From the sequence record DRR378314_377: a stretch of 36,985 bases of DNA. The stretch is one strand, 5' to 3'. This document shows positions 10,602 to 19,786 of this stretch, piece by piece. The notes beneath the pieces were generated by a model, which ran no database searches, was not told where the DNA came from, and saw nothing but the letters and a program-made list of their open reading frames with translations. The translations under genes were made by a program, and so were the position numbers. How positions within the stretch are numbered: position 1 is the first letter of the stretch; the number at the start of each line of letters is the position of its first letter.

Positions 10602-10644
10602 TTTTTAAGATGCTCTGTATCGAAAAATGTGAAGAGCTCTGGCC

Positions 10645-11541
10645 ATGTTGATCCGCTCCCTGGAAATCTTTCGCGCCGTGGTCGATACCGGCAGCTTCAG
10701 CGCCGCCGCCGAGCGCCTGCACACCGTGCAGTCCAACGTTACCGCCCACATCAAAAAGCTGGAAACGGAACTCGATGCCCGTCTTTTGGAGCGGCGCACG
10801 CCGGTGGTGCCGACCCCCGCCGGCCGCCAGCTGCTGAGCTACGCGCGGCGTATCGTGGCGCTCCACGACGACGCCGTGGCGCGCTTCCACCCGCAGGCGG
10901 AACCCGCCGGCGAGTTGCGTCTGGGCAGTATGGAGACCACCGCCGCGGTGCACCTGCCGGGCCTGTTATCCACCTTCAGCCGGCGCTGGCCGCATCTGGC
11001 CGTGCACCTGCGCACCGGCACTTCCTCGGCGTTGATCGAGGCGGTACGCGCCGGGCAGCTGGACGCCGCTTTCGTGACCGGCGAAAAAGTCGGAGAAGAC
11101 GTGCTGCTGCGGCCGGTGTTCGAGGAGCGGCTGGTGCTGGTCAGCAACCGCCCGCTGGACGCCATGCCCGACCGCGCCACGCTGGCGCAGACGGCGTTCC
11201 TGGCGTTCCGTCAGGGCTGCGGGTATCGGCACAGCATTGAGAAACTGTTCGCCGAGCAGCGGGTGCCGGCGCCGCGTATCCACGAATTCGGCAGTCTGGA
11301 CGCCATCGTCGGCTGCGTCGCCGCGGGCATGGGGCTGGCGTTGCTGCCCGAGTCCACCGTGCGCCAGTACCGTCAACGCTTTGAGCTGCACGCCCTGACG
11401 CTGCCCGCCTCGTTCGCTGACGTGACCACGCAATTGGCGACCTTGCCCCGGCCCAGTTGGAGCCGTGCTTTGGAGGTGTTCATGGAGGGGATGGGGGAAC
11501 TTGAAAAGGAACGGGCGCCGGTACAGGCGGCGGTTTCCTAG
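10645..11541 (+). CDS. LysR-family transcriptional regulator
   Basis: N-terminal HTH GSFSAAAERLHTVQSNVTAHIKKLE, then LRLGSMETT and a substrate-binding domain. Confidence 0.9.
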   Translation: MLIRSLEIFRAVVDTGSFSAAAERLHTVQSNVTAHIKKLETELDARLLERRTPVVPTPAGRQLLSYARRIVALHDDAVARFHPQAEPAGELRLGSMETTAAVHLPGLLSTFSRRWPHLAVHLRTGTSSALIEAVRAGQLDAAFVTGEKVGEDVLLRPVFEERLVLVSNRPLDAMPDRATLAQTAFLAFRQGCGYRHSIEKLFAEQRVPAPRIHEFGSLDAIVGCVAAGMGLALLPESTVRQYRQRFELHALTLPASFADVTTQLATLPRPSWSRALEVFMEGMGELEKERAPVQAAVS

Positions 11542-11565
11542 CTCCGGACTTTCTACGGAGCGGGC

Positions 11566-11596
11566 TTGTGGGAGCTTGCCAGGCTCGCTCCCACAA
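11566..11596. repeat. REP-like palindrome TTGTGGGAGC-N11-GCTCCCACAA
   Basis: Perfect 10-bp arms. Shares a 14-mer with the element at 28-41. Confidence 0.6.
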
Positions 11597-11597
11597 C

Positions 11598-11627
11598 AAG
11601 CCCCACCCGCGAGAGCGGGTGGGGCTT
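11598..11627. terminator. Intrinsic terminator-like hairpin between convergent lysR and slyD
   Basis: AAGCCCCACCCGC-GAGA-GCGGGTGGGGCTT: 13-bp perfect stem with a tetraloop. Confidence 0.7.
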
Positions 11628-11636
11628 CGGTCGTGC

Positions 11637-12125
11637 TTAGTGCTCGTGGCCTTCGGGCCCGTGCACGTGGCCGTGCTCTTTCTCTTCGTCGGAAGCTTCG
11701 CGTACTTCGGTCACTTCCACGTCGAAGTTGAGGGTCTCACCGGCCAGCGGGTGGTTGCCGTCCACGGTGACCTGATCGCCTTCCACCTCGGTGATGGTGA
11801 AGATGCGCTGGCCCGCTTCGGTCTGCGCCTGGAACTGCATGCCCGGCTTCAGCTCGCCACCGGCGCCTTCAAAGGCGGACGTGGGGACTTGCTGGATCAG
11901 GCCTTCGTGGCGTTCGCCGTAGCCTTCTTCCGGGGTCACGGTAACTTCCAGCTTGTCGCCGGCCTGCTTGCCCACGAGCGCCTTTTCCAGGCCGGGGATG
12001 ATGTTGCCGTGGCCGTGGAGGTAGTTCAGCGGTTCTTCACGCTGGCGCGAAGAGTCGATGGTCTGGCCCGCTTCGTTGGTCAGGGTGTAGTGGAAAGCCA
12101 CTACGGTGTTCTCTGCGATTTGCAT
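11637..12125 (-). CDS. slyD: FKBP-type peptidyl-prolyl isomerase SlyD
   Basis: Motifs YLHGHGNIIPGLEKAL and VDGNHPLAGETLNFDVEV, with a His-rich tail (HGHVHGPEGHEH). Confidence 0.9.
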   Translation of the reverse strand: MQIAENTVVAFHYTLTNEAGQTIDSSRQREEPLNYLHGHGNIIPGLEKALVGKQAGDKLEVTVTPEEGYGERHEGLIQQVPTSAFEGAGGELKPGMQFQAQTEAGQRIFTITEVEGDQVTVDGNHPLAGETLNFDVEVTEVREASDEEKEHGHVHGPEGHEH

Positions 12126-12369
12126 TGGGCGCCCTTTTGGGGTTGATGAATGTCCGACGCTGGGCGTCTCGGATGCCCGTAATGGTAACAGCCCCGTCGA
12201 GGGCTTGACCAACGCGGCGGCGGCCGTGGGCCGTGGCAACTGGCGCGAAATGACCGGCCGGGGCCGTAATGCTAAGGTTTTGAAAGACTTTTACCGTTGC
12301 ACGGCGGCGCCGTTGCGGCATCATAGACGGCGCCTTGAATGGGCGGATTCCGATACAGGGAGCGCAACC

Positions 12370-13008
12370 GTGAAGACCCTTCCAGAACTTTTTGCCAACA
12401 ATGACGAGTGGCGTCACCGGACCGAACAGAACCAACCTGGCTTCTTCAAACAGCTGGAGGGCCAGCAAAGCCCCCGTTTTCTATGGATCGGCTGTGCCGA
12501 TTCCCGGGTGCCCGCCAACCAGATCGTCGGCCTGATGCCCGGCGAACTGTTCGTGCACCGCAACGTGGCCAACCTGGTCAATCACACCGACCTCAACCTG
12601 CTGTCCGTGCTGCAGTTCGCCGTGGATGTGCTCAAGGTGGAGCACATCATGGTGGTCGGCCATTACGGCTGCGGCGGCGTGCGTGCCGCCACCGAGGATC
12701 AACCCCACGGGCTGATCGACAACTGGCTGCGCCAGGTGCGCGAGCTTTACCTGCGCAACCGCAAGGCCCTGGCCGAACTGCCGGACGACGGTGCCCGCCT
12801 GGATCGCATGTGCGAGCTGAACGTGGCCCGCCAGGTGATCAACGTGGCCAACACCACCGTGGTCCAGGAAGCTTGGCGCCGCGAGCAGCCGCTGAGTATC
12901 CACGGCTGGATCTACTCCATCGCCAACGGCAAGCTCAGCGACCTGGACCTGGGTGTGAACAACAACCCGGAGCTGCGCACCCTGGAAGCGGACAGCTACA
13001 ACGGTTGA
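12370..13008 (+). CDS. can: Beta-class carbonic anhydrase
   Basis: Motifs WIGCADSRVP, FVHRNVAN and GHYGCGGV (Zn ligands). GTG start after AGGGAG. Confidence 0.9.
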   Translation: MKTLPELFANNDEWRHRTEQNQPGFFKQLEGQQSPRFLWIGCADSRVPANQIVGLMPGELFVHRNVANLVNHTDLNLLSVLQFAVDVLKVEHIMVVGHYGCGGVRAATEDQPHGLIDNWLRQVRELYLRNRKALAELPDDGARLDRMCELNVARQVINVANTTVVQEAWRREQPLSIHGWIYSIANGKLSDLDLGVNNNPELRTLEADSYNG

Positions 13009-13014
13009 CCGGCG

Positions 13015-13581
13015 TTAATGCGCGTGCCCGCTGCCTCCGTGGTTGTGCCCGTGCCCTGACGGCGTTGTCGCGTGCTCGCCGTCACCGCCGGTCAGGTTAG
13101 CCCATTGCGATTCGGACATGTCCGGCAGGACATGCAATAGCGCCACGATGTCCCAGAGTGTCTCGTCGTCGTGGCTGGGGCCCCAGGCCGGCATGCCGCT
13201 CATTTTAATGCCGTGTTTGATCGTCCAGAATGCGCGGCGCGGGTCATGGATGCCGTGATCGGTCAGGTCCGGTGGTTGTGGATAGAGCCCGTCGCGCATG
13301 GCGCCGCTGCCTTGGCCCGGCGCCAGGTGGCAGCCGACGCACATGGCTTGGTATTGTTCCGCGCCCGCAGCCACGCGAGCGGGGTCGGAGAGGTCCCCGG
13401 GGACCGTTATGTCCTCCGCCCGGGCATCCACCGAGCGATGGCGGGCATAGCCGATCAACGCCTCGGTGGCCGACCAGTGCGGCTCATCGGCCGCGAAATT
13501 GTAGGCGCCGCTGACAACAAACACGCCCGCGCCCAACAGCAACAGGGCCACCAGCACCGACCACGCTTTTAATGTTTTCAT
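13015..13581 (-). CDS. Membrane-anchored c-type cytochrome with His-rich tail (CopM-like position in the cop cluster)
   Basis: CxxCH (CVGCH), IKHGIKMSGMPAW and C-terminal HGHNHGGSGHAH. GAGGAG RBS. Confidence 0.8.
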   Translation of the reverse strand: MKTLKAWSVLVALLLLGAGVFVVSGAYNFAADEPHWSATEALIGYARHRSVDARAEDITVPGDLSDPARVAAGAEQYQAMCVGCHLAPGQGSGAMRDGLYPQPPDLTDHGIHDPRRAFWTIKHGIKMSGMPAWGPSHDDETLWDIVALLHVLPDMSESQWANLTGGDGEHATTPSGHGHNHGGSGHAH

Positions 13582-13675
13582 AAACGCTCCTCGGATGTGC
13601 ATTTGCGGTAATGTCTTGTGGTGAAAGGGTGCGCCGCCGAGCATCCGTTAATCGGGGCTCGACGGCGCCCGAGGG

Positions 13676-14392
13676 CTAGAACCAGAAGCGAACACCGGCC
13701 ACCAGCGTGGTCTCGGAAACGTCGTCTCCAGCGCCACGGGTTTTGGCGGCGGTATCACCGAACTGCCGTTCCCAGTTCACGCCGATATAGGGCGCGAACT
13801 CGCGGCGGATCTCGTAGCGCAGTCGCAGACCGGCTTCGATGTCCGTGAGACCTTCGCCGATGCCGAGTTCTTCATCTTCCTTGCCGTAAAAGTTGGCTTC
13901 CACCGCCGGCACCAGGATCAGCTTCTGGGTAAACAGAATTTCGTATTCCGCCTCCAACCTCAGGTTGGTGAGTCCTTCCTCACCGACGAACAGGGTGGCC
14001 TCGCTTTCGAACAGATAGGGCGCCAGCCCTTGAACCCCGAAACTGGCCCAGTCCCGGTTCGGATCGTCCGGCTGCCAGTCCCGGCGGGCGCCGAGCTGCC
14101 AGTCCCAGAACGGTGCGAAGGCTCGGTTCCAGGCAACCCGGGTCTCGAAGCCTTCGGTTTCGCCGCCGTTGTCCATCAGGCGTTCGCCTTCGGTGCTGAG
14201 ATAGAGCTTGTTCAGGTCGCCGCCGTACCAGGCGGCGGCTTCCCAGGCGGCCACGGTGCCTTCATCGGCGTCGCGGGCTTCGAACTCATCGACGATCACA
14301 CGGCTGAACGCCGGCTCGTGCTTGTCCACCGCCTGAACCAAGGGTGACAGTGCTAGCAAAGCAGCGGCGGTTATCAGATGTGTCTGTTTCAT
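13676..14392 (-). CDS. copB: Copper resistance outer-membrane protein CopB
   Basis: Motifs WYGGDLNKL, GLAPYLFE and GLRLRYEIRREFAPYIGV, ending in WF. ATGA overlap with the copA stop. Confidence 0.9.
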   Translation of the reverse strand: MKQTHLITAAALLALSPLVQAVDKHEPAFSRVIVDEFEARDADEGTVAAWEAAAWYGGDLNKLYLSTEGERLMDNGGETEGFETRVAWNRAFAPFWDWQLGARRDWQPDDPNRDWASFGVQGLAPYLFESEATLFVGEEGLTNLRLEAEYEILFTQKLILVPAVEANFYGKEDEELGIGEGLTDIEAGLRLRYEIRREFAPYIGVNWERQFGDTAAKTRGAGDDVSETTLVAGVRFWF

Positions 14393-16293
14393 GACCGTGC
14401 CTCCTTCGTCGTTGCGTTGTCGACCACGCGCACCTCGCGGAACATGCCGGCCTCCATGTGGTAAAGCAGATGACAGTGGTAGGCCCAGCGTCCGGTGGCA
14501 TCGGCGCGCACCAGGTAGCTGAGTTTCTCGCCGGGTTTCACGGTGATGGTGTGCTTGCGCAGCAGTCGCCCGCCGCCCAGTTCCAGGTCGCTCCACAGGC
14601 CGTGCAGGTGAATCGGGTGGGTCATCATGGTGTCGTTGACCAGGGTGATGCGCGCCCGCTCGCCGTGGTAAAGCTCCAGGGGTACGGAGTCGGCGAACTT
14701 GATGCCGTTGAAGCTCCACATATAACGGCTCATGTTGCCGGTCAGGTGCAAGACGATCTCGCGGTCCGGCGTCAGGCTGTCCGGCGGGCCGCCGGCGGTC
14801 TCCATGTCCGCGTAGGTGAGGACCTTCCAGTCGCGTTCGCGCAGGCCGATGCCGGGATCGTCGAGCATCGCCGCCGGCGCCATGGCGCGCATGTCCACGC
14901 CCGGCCCGTATTCGGAATCCAGATGCTGGACGGCGCTGGTGCGCGGCGCCAGATCCGGGTTATCCGCCACGAACGCGAACGGCACCTTGTGGTCGCCGTC
15001 GTGCTGCATGCCTTTATGCTGCATCCCGGCATGTTTCATACCACCGTGACCCATGTCGTCGTGCTGCATGCCCTTCATGGCGCCATGGTCCATCTTGCCG
15101 TGATCCATCGCACCGTGGTTCATGCCTTCCATGTCGCCATGGTTCATGCCGGCCATGCCGCCCATACCCATTTCGGTGTGCCCCAACAGCGGCGGCGGGT
15201 CCATCTCCGGCACGGCCGCGCTCATGGCCGGGTCGGGGGTGAGGGTGCCGCGCGCGAAGCCGGAGCGGTCGATGCTTTGCGCGAACACGGTGAACGCTTG
15301 CTTTTTCTCGGGGGTGACGATCACATCGATGGTTTCCGCCACGCCCAGCCGGCATTCATGGAAGCGCACCGGTTTCACCGGCTGCCCGTCCATAGCCACC
15401 ACGGTCATATCCAGGCCGGGGATGCGAATATCGAAGAACGTCATGGCGCTGGCGTTGACGAAGCGCAGCTTCACTCGTTCGCCGGGTTTGAACAGACCGG
15501 TCCAGTTGGCGTTCGGGCTGCGACCGTTAAGCAGGTAGGTATAGGTATAGCCGGTGACGTCGGCGAGGTCGCTCTGGCTCATGCGCATGGTGTTCCACAT
15601 GTGCCGGTCCTTGAGCGTTTGCATCACGCCTTTTTCACGGAAGTCGCGCAGCGTGTCGAAGATCGTGCGCTCGTTGAAGTTGTAGTAGTGACTGAGCTTT
15701 TTAAGGGTGGCGTAGATTTGCTCGGGTTTTTCGTCGCTCCAGTCGGACAGCACCATCACGTAGTCCCGGTCCACCGGTTGCGGATCCGCCTCGGCGGGAT
15801 CGATGACGATGGCGCCGTAGACCCCGCTTTGCTCCTGGAAACGGGAATGGCTGTGATACCAGTAGGTACCGTTTTGCTTCACCGGGAAGCGATAAGTGAA
15901 GGTCTCGCCGGGCGCGATGCCGTCGAACGATAACCCCGGCACGCCGTCCATCTGAAAGGGAAGCAGCAGCCCGTGCCAGTGGATGGAGCTGGTTTCCGGC
16001 AGGTAGTTGGTGACGTTCAGAGTCACGGTGTCGCCTTCGCGCCAGCGCAGGGTGGGTGCCGGCAGGCTGCCGTTGATCAGCGTGGCCGGGCGCGTGGTGC
16101 CGGTGATATTCACATCGGCGCCGCCGATGGCCAGGTTAAAGGTGTTGCCGCTAAGCGTGGCGGCGCCGGTCTGCCCCTGGCTGGCGAGCAGTTTGGCGGG
16201 GCTCATGCCGAGTCCGCCGATGCCGAGAGCGCCGGTGCCCAGGGCCAGACCCTGGACGAAGCGACGACGCCCCATAAGAGGTGAAGTGGTCAT
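14389..16293 (-). CDS. copA: Periplasmic multicopper oxidase CopA (PcoA family)
   Basis: Tat signal RRRFVQG. Cu ligands HWHG, WYHSH, HPIHLHG and HCHLLYHMEAGM. Met/His-rich MxHG insert. Confidence 0.93.
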   Translation of the reverse strand: MTTSPLMGRRRFVQGLALGTGALGIGGLGMSPAKLLASQGQTGAATLSGNTFNLAIGGADVNITGTTRPATLINGSLPAPTLRWREGDTVTLNVTNYLPETSSIHWHGLLLPFQMDGVPGLSFDGIAPGETFTYRFPVKQNGTYWYHSHSRFQEQSGVYGAIVIDPAEADPQPVDRDYVMVLSDWSDEKPEQIYATLKKLSHYYNFNERTIFDTLRDFREKGVMQTLKDRHMWNTMRMSQSDLADVTGYTYTYLLNGRSPNANWTGLFKPGERVKLRFVNASAMTFFDIRIPGLDMTVVAMDGQPVKPVRFHECRLGVAETIDVIVTPEKKQAFTVFAQSIDRSGFARGTLTPDPAMSAAVPEMDPPPLLGHTEMGMGGMAGMNHGDMEGMNHGAMDHGKMDHGAMKGMQHDDMGHGGMKHAGMQHKGMQHDGDHKVPFAFVADNPDLAPRTSAVQHLDSEYGPGVDMRAMAPAAMLDDPGIGLRERDWKVLTYADMETAGGPPDSLTPDREIVLHLTGNMSRYMWSFNGIKFADSVPLELYHGERARITLVNDTMMTHPIHLHGLWSDLELGGGRLLRKHTITVKPGEKLSYLVRADATGRWAYHCHLLYHMEAGMFREVRVVDNATTKEARS

Positions 16294-16343
16294 GTCACGA
16301 CTCCTGAATAGAAAGAGGTGCGCCCACGGGCGCATGGAACCTT

Positions 16344-16715
16344 TTAAATCGGGAGTAGTGCGGACGGTGGCCGCCAGGGGGAGGCGTGGAAGCCGGCGAG
16401 CCGCTCGCCGGCGCGGGCGATGTGACGCCTGGGGGTGACCAGGGGCGGTCGCGCCGGCGCCAGGCTGGCCGGCATGCCGTTGGCCTGGCAGGCCTGGGTG
16501 CAAGAGCAGGGCGCGCTATCATGGACGTTGCCCTGGCAATGGATCTGAACGCTGGCGCTGTCGGCTTGCGCGCCCGCGCACGGCATTTCACTGGTGGTGC
16601 CGTGTGCCGACCCCGCCATCACGTGAGCCGCCTGTACCGGCGACCACAGCAGCCCGCCCGCCAGCCAGAGCAGCAGAATCAGAAAACCAGGGCGGGACCG
16701 CAGTGATGAATTCAT
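16344..16715 (-). CDS. CopL-like leader/regulatory protein with signal-like N-terminus, Cys cluster and C-terminal RPP
   Basis: Directly upstream of copA. Hydrophobic N-terminus ending VQA, then CSCTQAC and GFHASPWRPPS. Confidence 0.7.
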   Translation of the reverse strand: MNSSLRSRPGFLILLLWLAGGLLWSPVQAAHVMAGSAHGTTSEMPCAGAQADSASVQIHCQGNVHDSAPCSCTQACQANGMPASLAPARPPLVTPRRHIARAGERLAGFHASPWRPPSALLPI

Positions 16716-16721
16716 AGTAGA

Positions 16722-16753
16722 ACTATAAAACCCCGGGGCAGCCCCGGGGTCAA
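16722..16753 (-). promoter_or_regulatory. MerR-type long-spacer promoter with a dyad operator upstream of the copL-like gene; may also be the SDR terminator
   Basis: Minus strand TTGACC-20 nt-TATAGT. The perfect dyad ACCCCGGGGC-T-GCCCCGGGGT starts inside the -35 and is followed by a T-run. Confidence 0.5.
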
Positions 16754-16777
16754 GCCGCAACCTGTGGCCGACGACGG

Positions 16778-17560
16778 TTAGCGGCGCACGCCGCTGGCAT
16801 TGAGGTGGCTGCCGCCGTCCACCAGCAGCGCTTCGCCGGTGACCAGGTCGCCGCCGATCACCAGCCCCAGCACCGCCTGGGCCACGGTTTCCGGCGAGGC
16901 GGCGTCATTCAGGGCGGCGCCGGCCTTGGTCTTGGCCAGCAGGTTGGCGTAAGCCTCCTTGCCCAGCCCTTTCTCCAGCCATTCGCCCTGCACGAAGCCC
17001 GGGCAGATGGCGTTGACGCGGATCTCCGGGCCCAGCACCCGGGCCAGGGATTTGGTCATTGTCAGCAGGGCGCCCTTGGAGGCGGCGTAGGCGATCGAGC
17101 TGCCCACCCCGGCGAGGCCGGCGATGGAGGCCATGTTGATCACCTGGGCGGTGCCCGCCTGGCGCAGCGCTTTCTCGGCGGCGCGGGTCATCTGGTAGGG
17201 CCCCACGGTGTTCACCGCGTAGAGGTGCAGGAAGTCGTCCTTGCTCAGGCCGTCCAGATCCTGGTGGGCGCAGAATTTGGTGGTGCCGGCGTTGTTGACC
17301 AGCACGTCCAGGCGGCCGAACTCCGCCAGGGTCGCTTCCACCAGGGTCTGGCACTGGGTGTCGTCGGACACGTCCGCCTGCTGAACCAGGGTGCGGACGC
17401 CGAACGCCTCGCAATCCTTGGCCACGGCGCGGGCGCCCTCTTCGTTACGGCTGTAATTGATCACTACGTGGCAGCCCTGTTCCGCGAACAAACGGGCGGT
17501 GGCGGCGCCGATGCCGGAGGACGAACCGGTGATCAGAGCCACGGCGTTTTTTATCTTCAT
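16778..17560 (-). CDS. Classical short-chain dehydrogenase/reductase
   Basis: Motifs TGSSSGIG, NNAG, YAASK and RVNAICPG. Confidence 0.9.
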   Translation of the reverse strand: MKIKNAVALITGSSSGIGAATARLFAEQGCHVVINYSRNEEGARAVAKDCEAFGVRTLVQQADVSDDTQCQTLVEATLAEFGRLDVLVNNAGTTKFCAHQDLDGLSKDDFLHLYAVNTVGPYQMTRAAEKALRQAGTAQVINMASIAGLAGVGSSIAYAASKGALLTMTKSLARVLGPEIRVNAICPGFVQGEWLEKGLGKEAYANLLAKTKAGAALNDAASPETVAQAVLGLVIGGDLVTGEALLVDGGSHLNASGVRR

Positions 17561-17632
17561 GCTTATAATCCCGAGACAAACGAAAAAGAAAATCGACGTT
17601 AACACGCTGGCCGCTAAAAGCGCATCGGGTTC

Positions 17633-18334
17633 CTAGGAGGCCGGGCCGGCGGCCTGGCGGAACAGCCCGGCCAGGTCGTCGAGCTGCTCGTGCAGTTCGC
17701 CGTTCACTTCCTTGGTCAGCACATGCAGCAGGATCATCGCGTTGATCGGCGCGTCGGAGCCGTCCGGGTGACGGAAGCGGCCGACGAAACAGCGATTCAG
17801 TTCGCCCAGATTGCGGTAGGCCCGGTCCATGTCTTCCAGGTTCAGCGGCAGGTCGGGGTTGTCCCGTTTCGCCAGGTAGCGGCGCAGCAGGAAGAAACCG
17901 GCGGCGCGGGTCAGGGTTTCCGTTTCCGTGCTCACCGGCAGGTGGAACAGGGCCATGGGCCGCAGGAAGCGGGTGTGCGGGCAGTCGCTGAGCGCGCACA
18001 CCAGCCCGAACAGTGAACTGAGCGCCCGTTGCGCGGTGGTGTCCAGCCGGTATTCCCGTTCCCGGGTGGTGACCCTTAAATGGATGGGATCGAAGGAGCG
18101 GCCCAGTTGGTGATCGGGGAGCAGCCACGCCAGGTTGCGGGCGATCGGACAATAGCGGTGTTCGTCGCGGCTCAGCGGGCAGTGGGAACACTGGCAGTGT
18201 TCCAGCAGGGCCCAGTCCGGGGGCACGAAATCCGGGTCCACGGCCAGGCCGTGGCTCTCCGGTTCCTGGTGCAACTTGATGTGGGTTACCTGCCCGTCGG
18301 TGTCGGTCAGCTGGTAGTGGATATCAGGCTGCAT
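17633..18334 (-). CDS. Cys-rich conserved hypothetical protein (DUF6901-like)
   Basis: Motifs PDWALLEHCQCSHCPL, YCPIA and CALSDCPHTRFLRPMALFHLP. Start overlaps the kinase stop. Confidence 0.6.
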   Translation of the reverse strand: MQPDIHYQLTDTDGQVTHIKLHQEPESHGLAVDPDFVPPDWALLEHCQCSHCPLSRDEHRYCPIARNLAWLLPDHQLGRSFDPIHLRVTTREREYRLDTTAQRALSSLFGLVCALSDCPHTRFLRPMALFHLPVSTETETLTRAAGFFLLRRYLAKRDNPDLPLNLEDMDRAYRNLGELNRCFVGRFRHPDGSDAPINAMILLHVLTKEVNGELHEQLDDLAGLFRQAAGPAS

Positions 18335-19781
18335 GGGCACGCTTCTTTTCCGCCAGCGGCAGGCGGATGTCGATGCGGGTACCTTCGCCGGGCGCGCTGG
18401 TGGCGGTGAGGGTGCCGCCGTGGCGCTGAATAATGTCCTGGGAGATGGACAGCCCCAGGCCGGTGCCCTGGCCAATCGGCTTGGTGGTAAAGAACGGCTC
18501 GAAGATCTGTTCCAGCTGGGCCGCCTCCATGCCCGGGCCGTTGTCGGTCACCGACAGGCAATACGACTGCTCGTCGCTGTGCGCTTCGATGCGGATCTCG
18601 CCATCCTGCTCCACCGCCTGGGCGGCGTTGACCAGAATGTTCATCAGCACTTGAGAGAGCTGGCTCTCCGAACCGTTCACCGGCGGCAGATCCGGCGGCA
18701 GGTGGGTGGTGACCCGCACGCGCTCCAGTTCGTGGCGTGCCAGGTTCATGGACGTGGCCACGCAGCGGGACAGATCCACCGGCTGATAGCGTTCCTGCTC
18801 GTTATGGGAAAAGTGCTTCAGGTCGCGGATGATTTTCTTGATCCGGTCGATGCCTTCGCTGGTTTCGCGCATCAGGTGGGGATGATCGTTAAGAATCATT
18901 TCCAGCGAATCCATATTCAGGCGCAATGACTGTTCCGCCTGCAGAAATTGTTCAAAGCGTTCCGGGCTGATACGGCGGCGCAGCCCGGCGATCACTTTCG
19001 ACAGTGTGGTCAGGTACTGCTCGCTGCGGCGCAGGTTGGCGGAGACGAAGGCAATCGGGTTATTGATTTCGTGGGCGATGCCCGCGGAAATCGTGCCCAG
19101 GGAGGCCATTTTTTCCGAATGCAGCAGCATCGACTCCACCTGGTTGATCTTATCGTCCTTGTCGCGCACCGCCTGGATCAGTTCACTGTTCTGCGCCTTG
19201 ATCTGAGTGATGTCGGTGCCGAAATAAATATAGCCGTCGTCCTCATCGGTGATGTACGACAACGGGAAAATAAACATATTCACCCAGTACAGCTCACCGT
19301 CCTCGCCACGGCCGCACACTTCGCCGCTCCAGACGCCGCGCCGCGCCTGTTCGCAGCGCATGAAATGCGCGCTCAGTTCGGGGCGGTCCTTGGGGTGATG
19401 CATGCTTTCGTGCTGGCCGATCAACTGCCGGAAGGAAAAACCGCTGAGTGACAGAAAGCGGTCGTTGGCGAAGGTAATGATGCCTTTTTCGTTGGTGGTC
19501 ATTACACAGTATTCATCGATGATCCGCGCCAGCGGACCGAGCACCCGTTTGTTGAGTTTGTACTCGTCCGCGTTCACTTCGATCAACCGCAGTTTGCGGC
19601 CGAAGGCGCTCTGGCTCAGCGAGGCGAATTCCGACAACCTGGCTTCCACGTTCATGGAGGCCCGGTAGGTTTTGTACATGAAGAAAATGATGATCAGCAG
19701 GATCACCGTGGAGGACATCAGAAACAGCCCCTGGCTCCCCAGCCCGGCAAACGGCCCCTGTAACGATGTAAATAGATCCAT
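18324..19781 (-). CDS. PAS-domain sensor histidine kinase (NtrB-like HisKA/HATPase)
   Basis: One N-terminal TM, PAS (ITFANDRF...WSGE), H-box AHEINNP, N-box NILVNA, DNGPG, FEPFFTTK and GTGLGL. Confidence 0.9.
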   Translation of the reverse strand: MDLFTSLQGPFAGLGSQGLFLMSSTVILLIIIFFMYKTYRASMNVEARLSEFASLSQSAFGRKLRLIEVNADEYKLNKRVLGPLARIIDEYCVMTTNEKGIITFANDRFLSLSGFSFRQLIGQHESMHHPKDRPELSAHFMRCEQARRGVWSGEVCGRGEDGELYWVNMFIFPLSYITDEDDGYIYFGTDITQIKAQNSELIQAVRDKDDKINQVESMLLHSEKMASLGTISAGIAHEINNPIAFVSANLRRSEQYLTTLSKVIAGLRRRISPERFEQFLQAEQSLRLNMDSLEMILNDHPHLMRETSEGIDRIKKIIRDLKHFSHNEQERYQPVDLSRCVATSMNLARHELERVRVTTHLPPDLPPVNGSESQLSQVLMNILVNAAQAVEQDGEIRIEAHSDEQSYCLSVTDNGPGMEAAQLEQIFEPFFTTKPIGQGTGLGLSISQDIIQRHGGTLTATSAPGEGTRIDIRLPLAEKKRAHAA

Positions 19782-19786
19782 GCGGG

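Noticed and set aside
12126-12369. 244-nt slyD-can intergenic region as a possible riboswitch or sRNA
   Set aside because: I recognised no conserved RNA motif. Two divergent promoters are enough to explain its length.
15000-15170. Short tandem CATG/CCATG-rich repeats
   Set aside because: They encode the Met/His-rich MxHG insert normal for CopA/PcoA. Not a CRISPR array or independent repeat.
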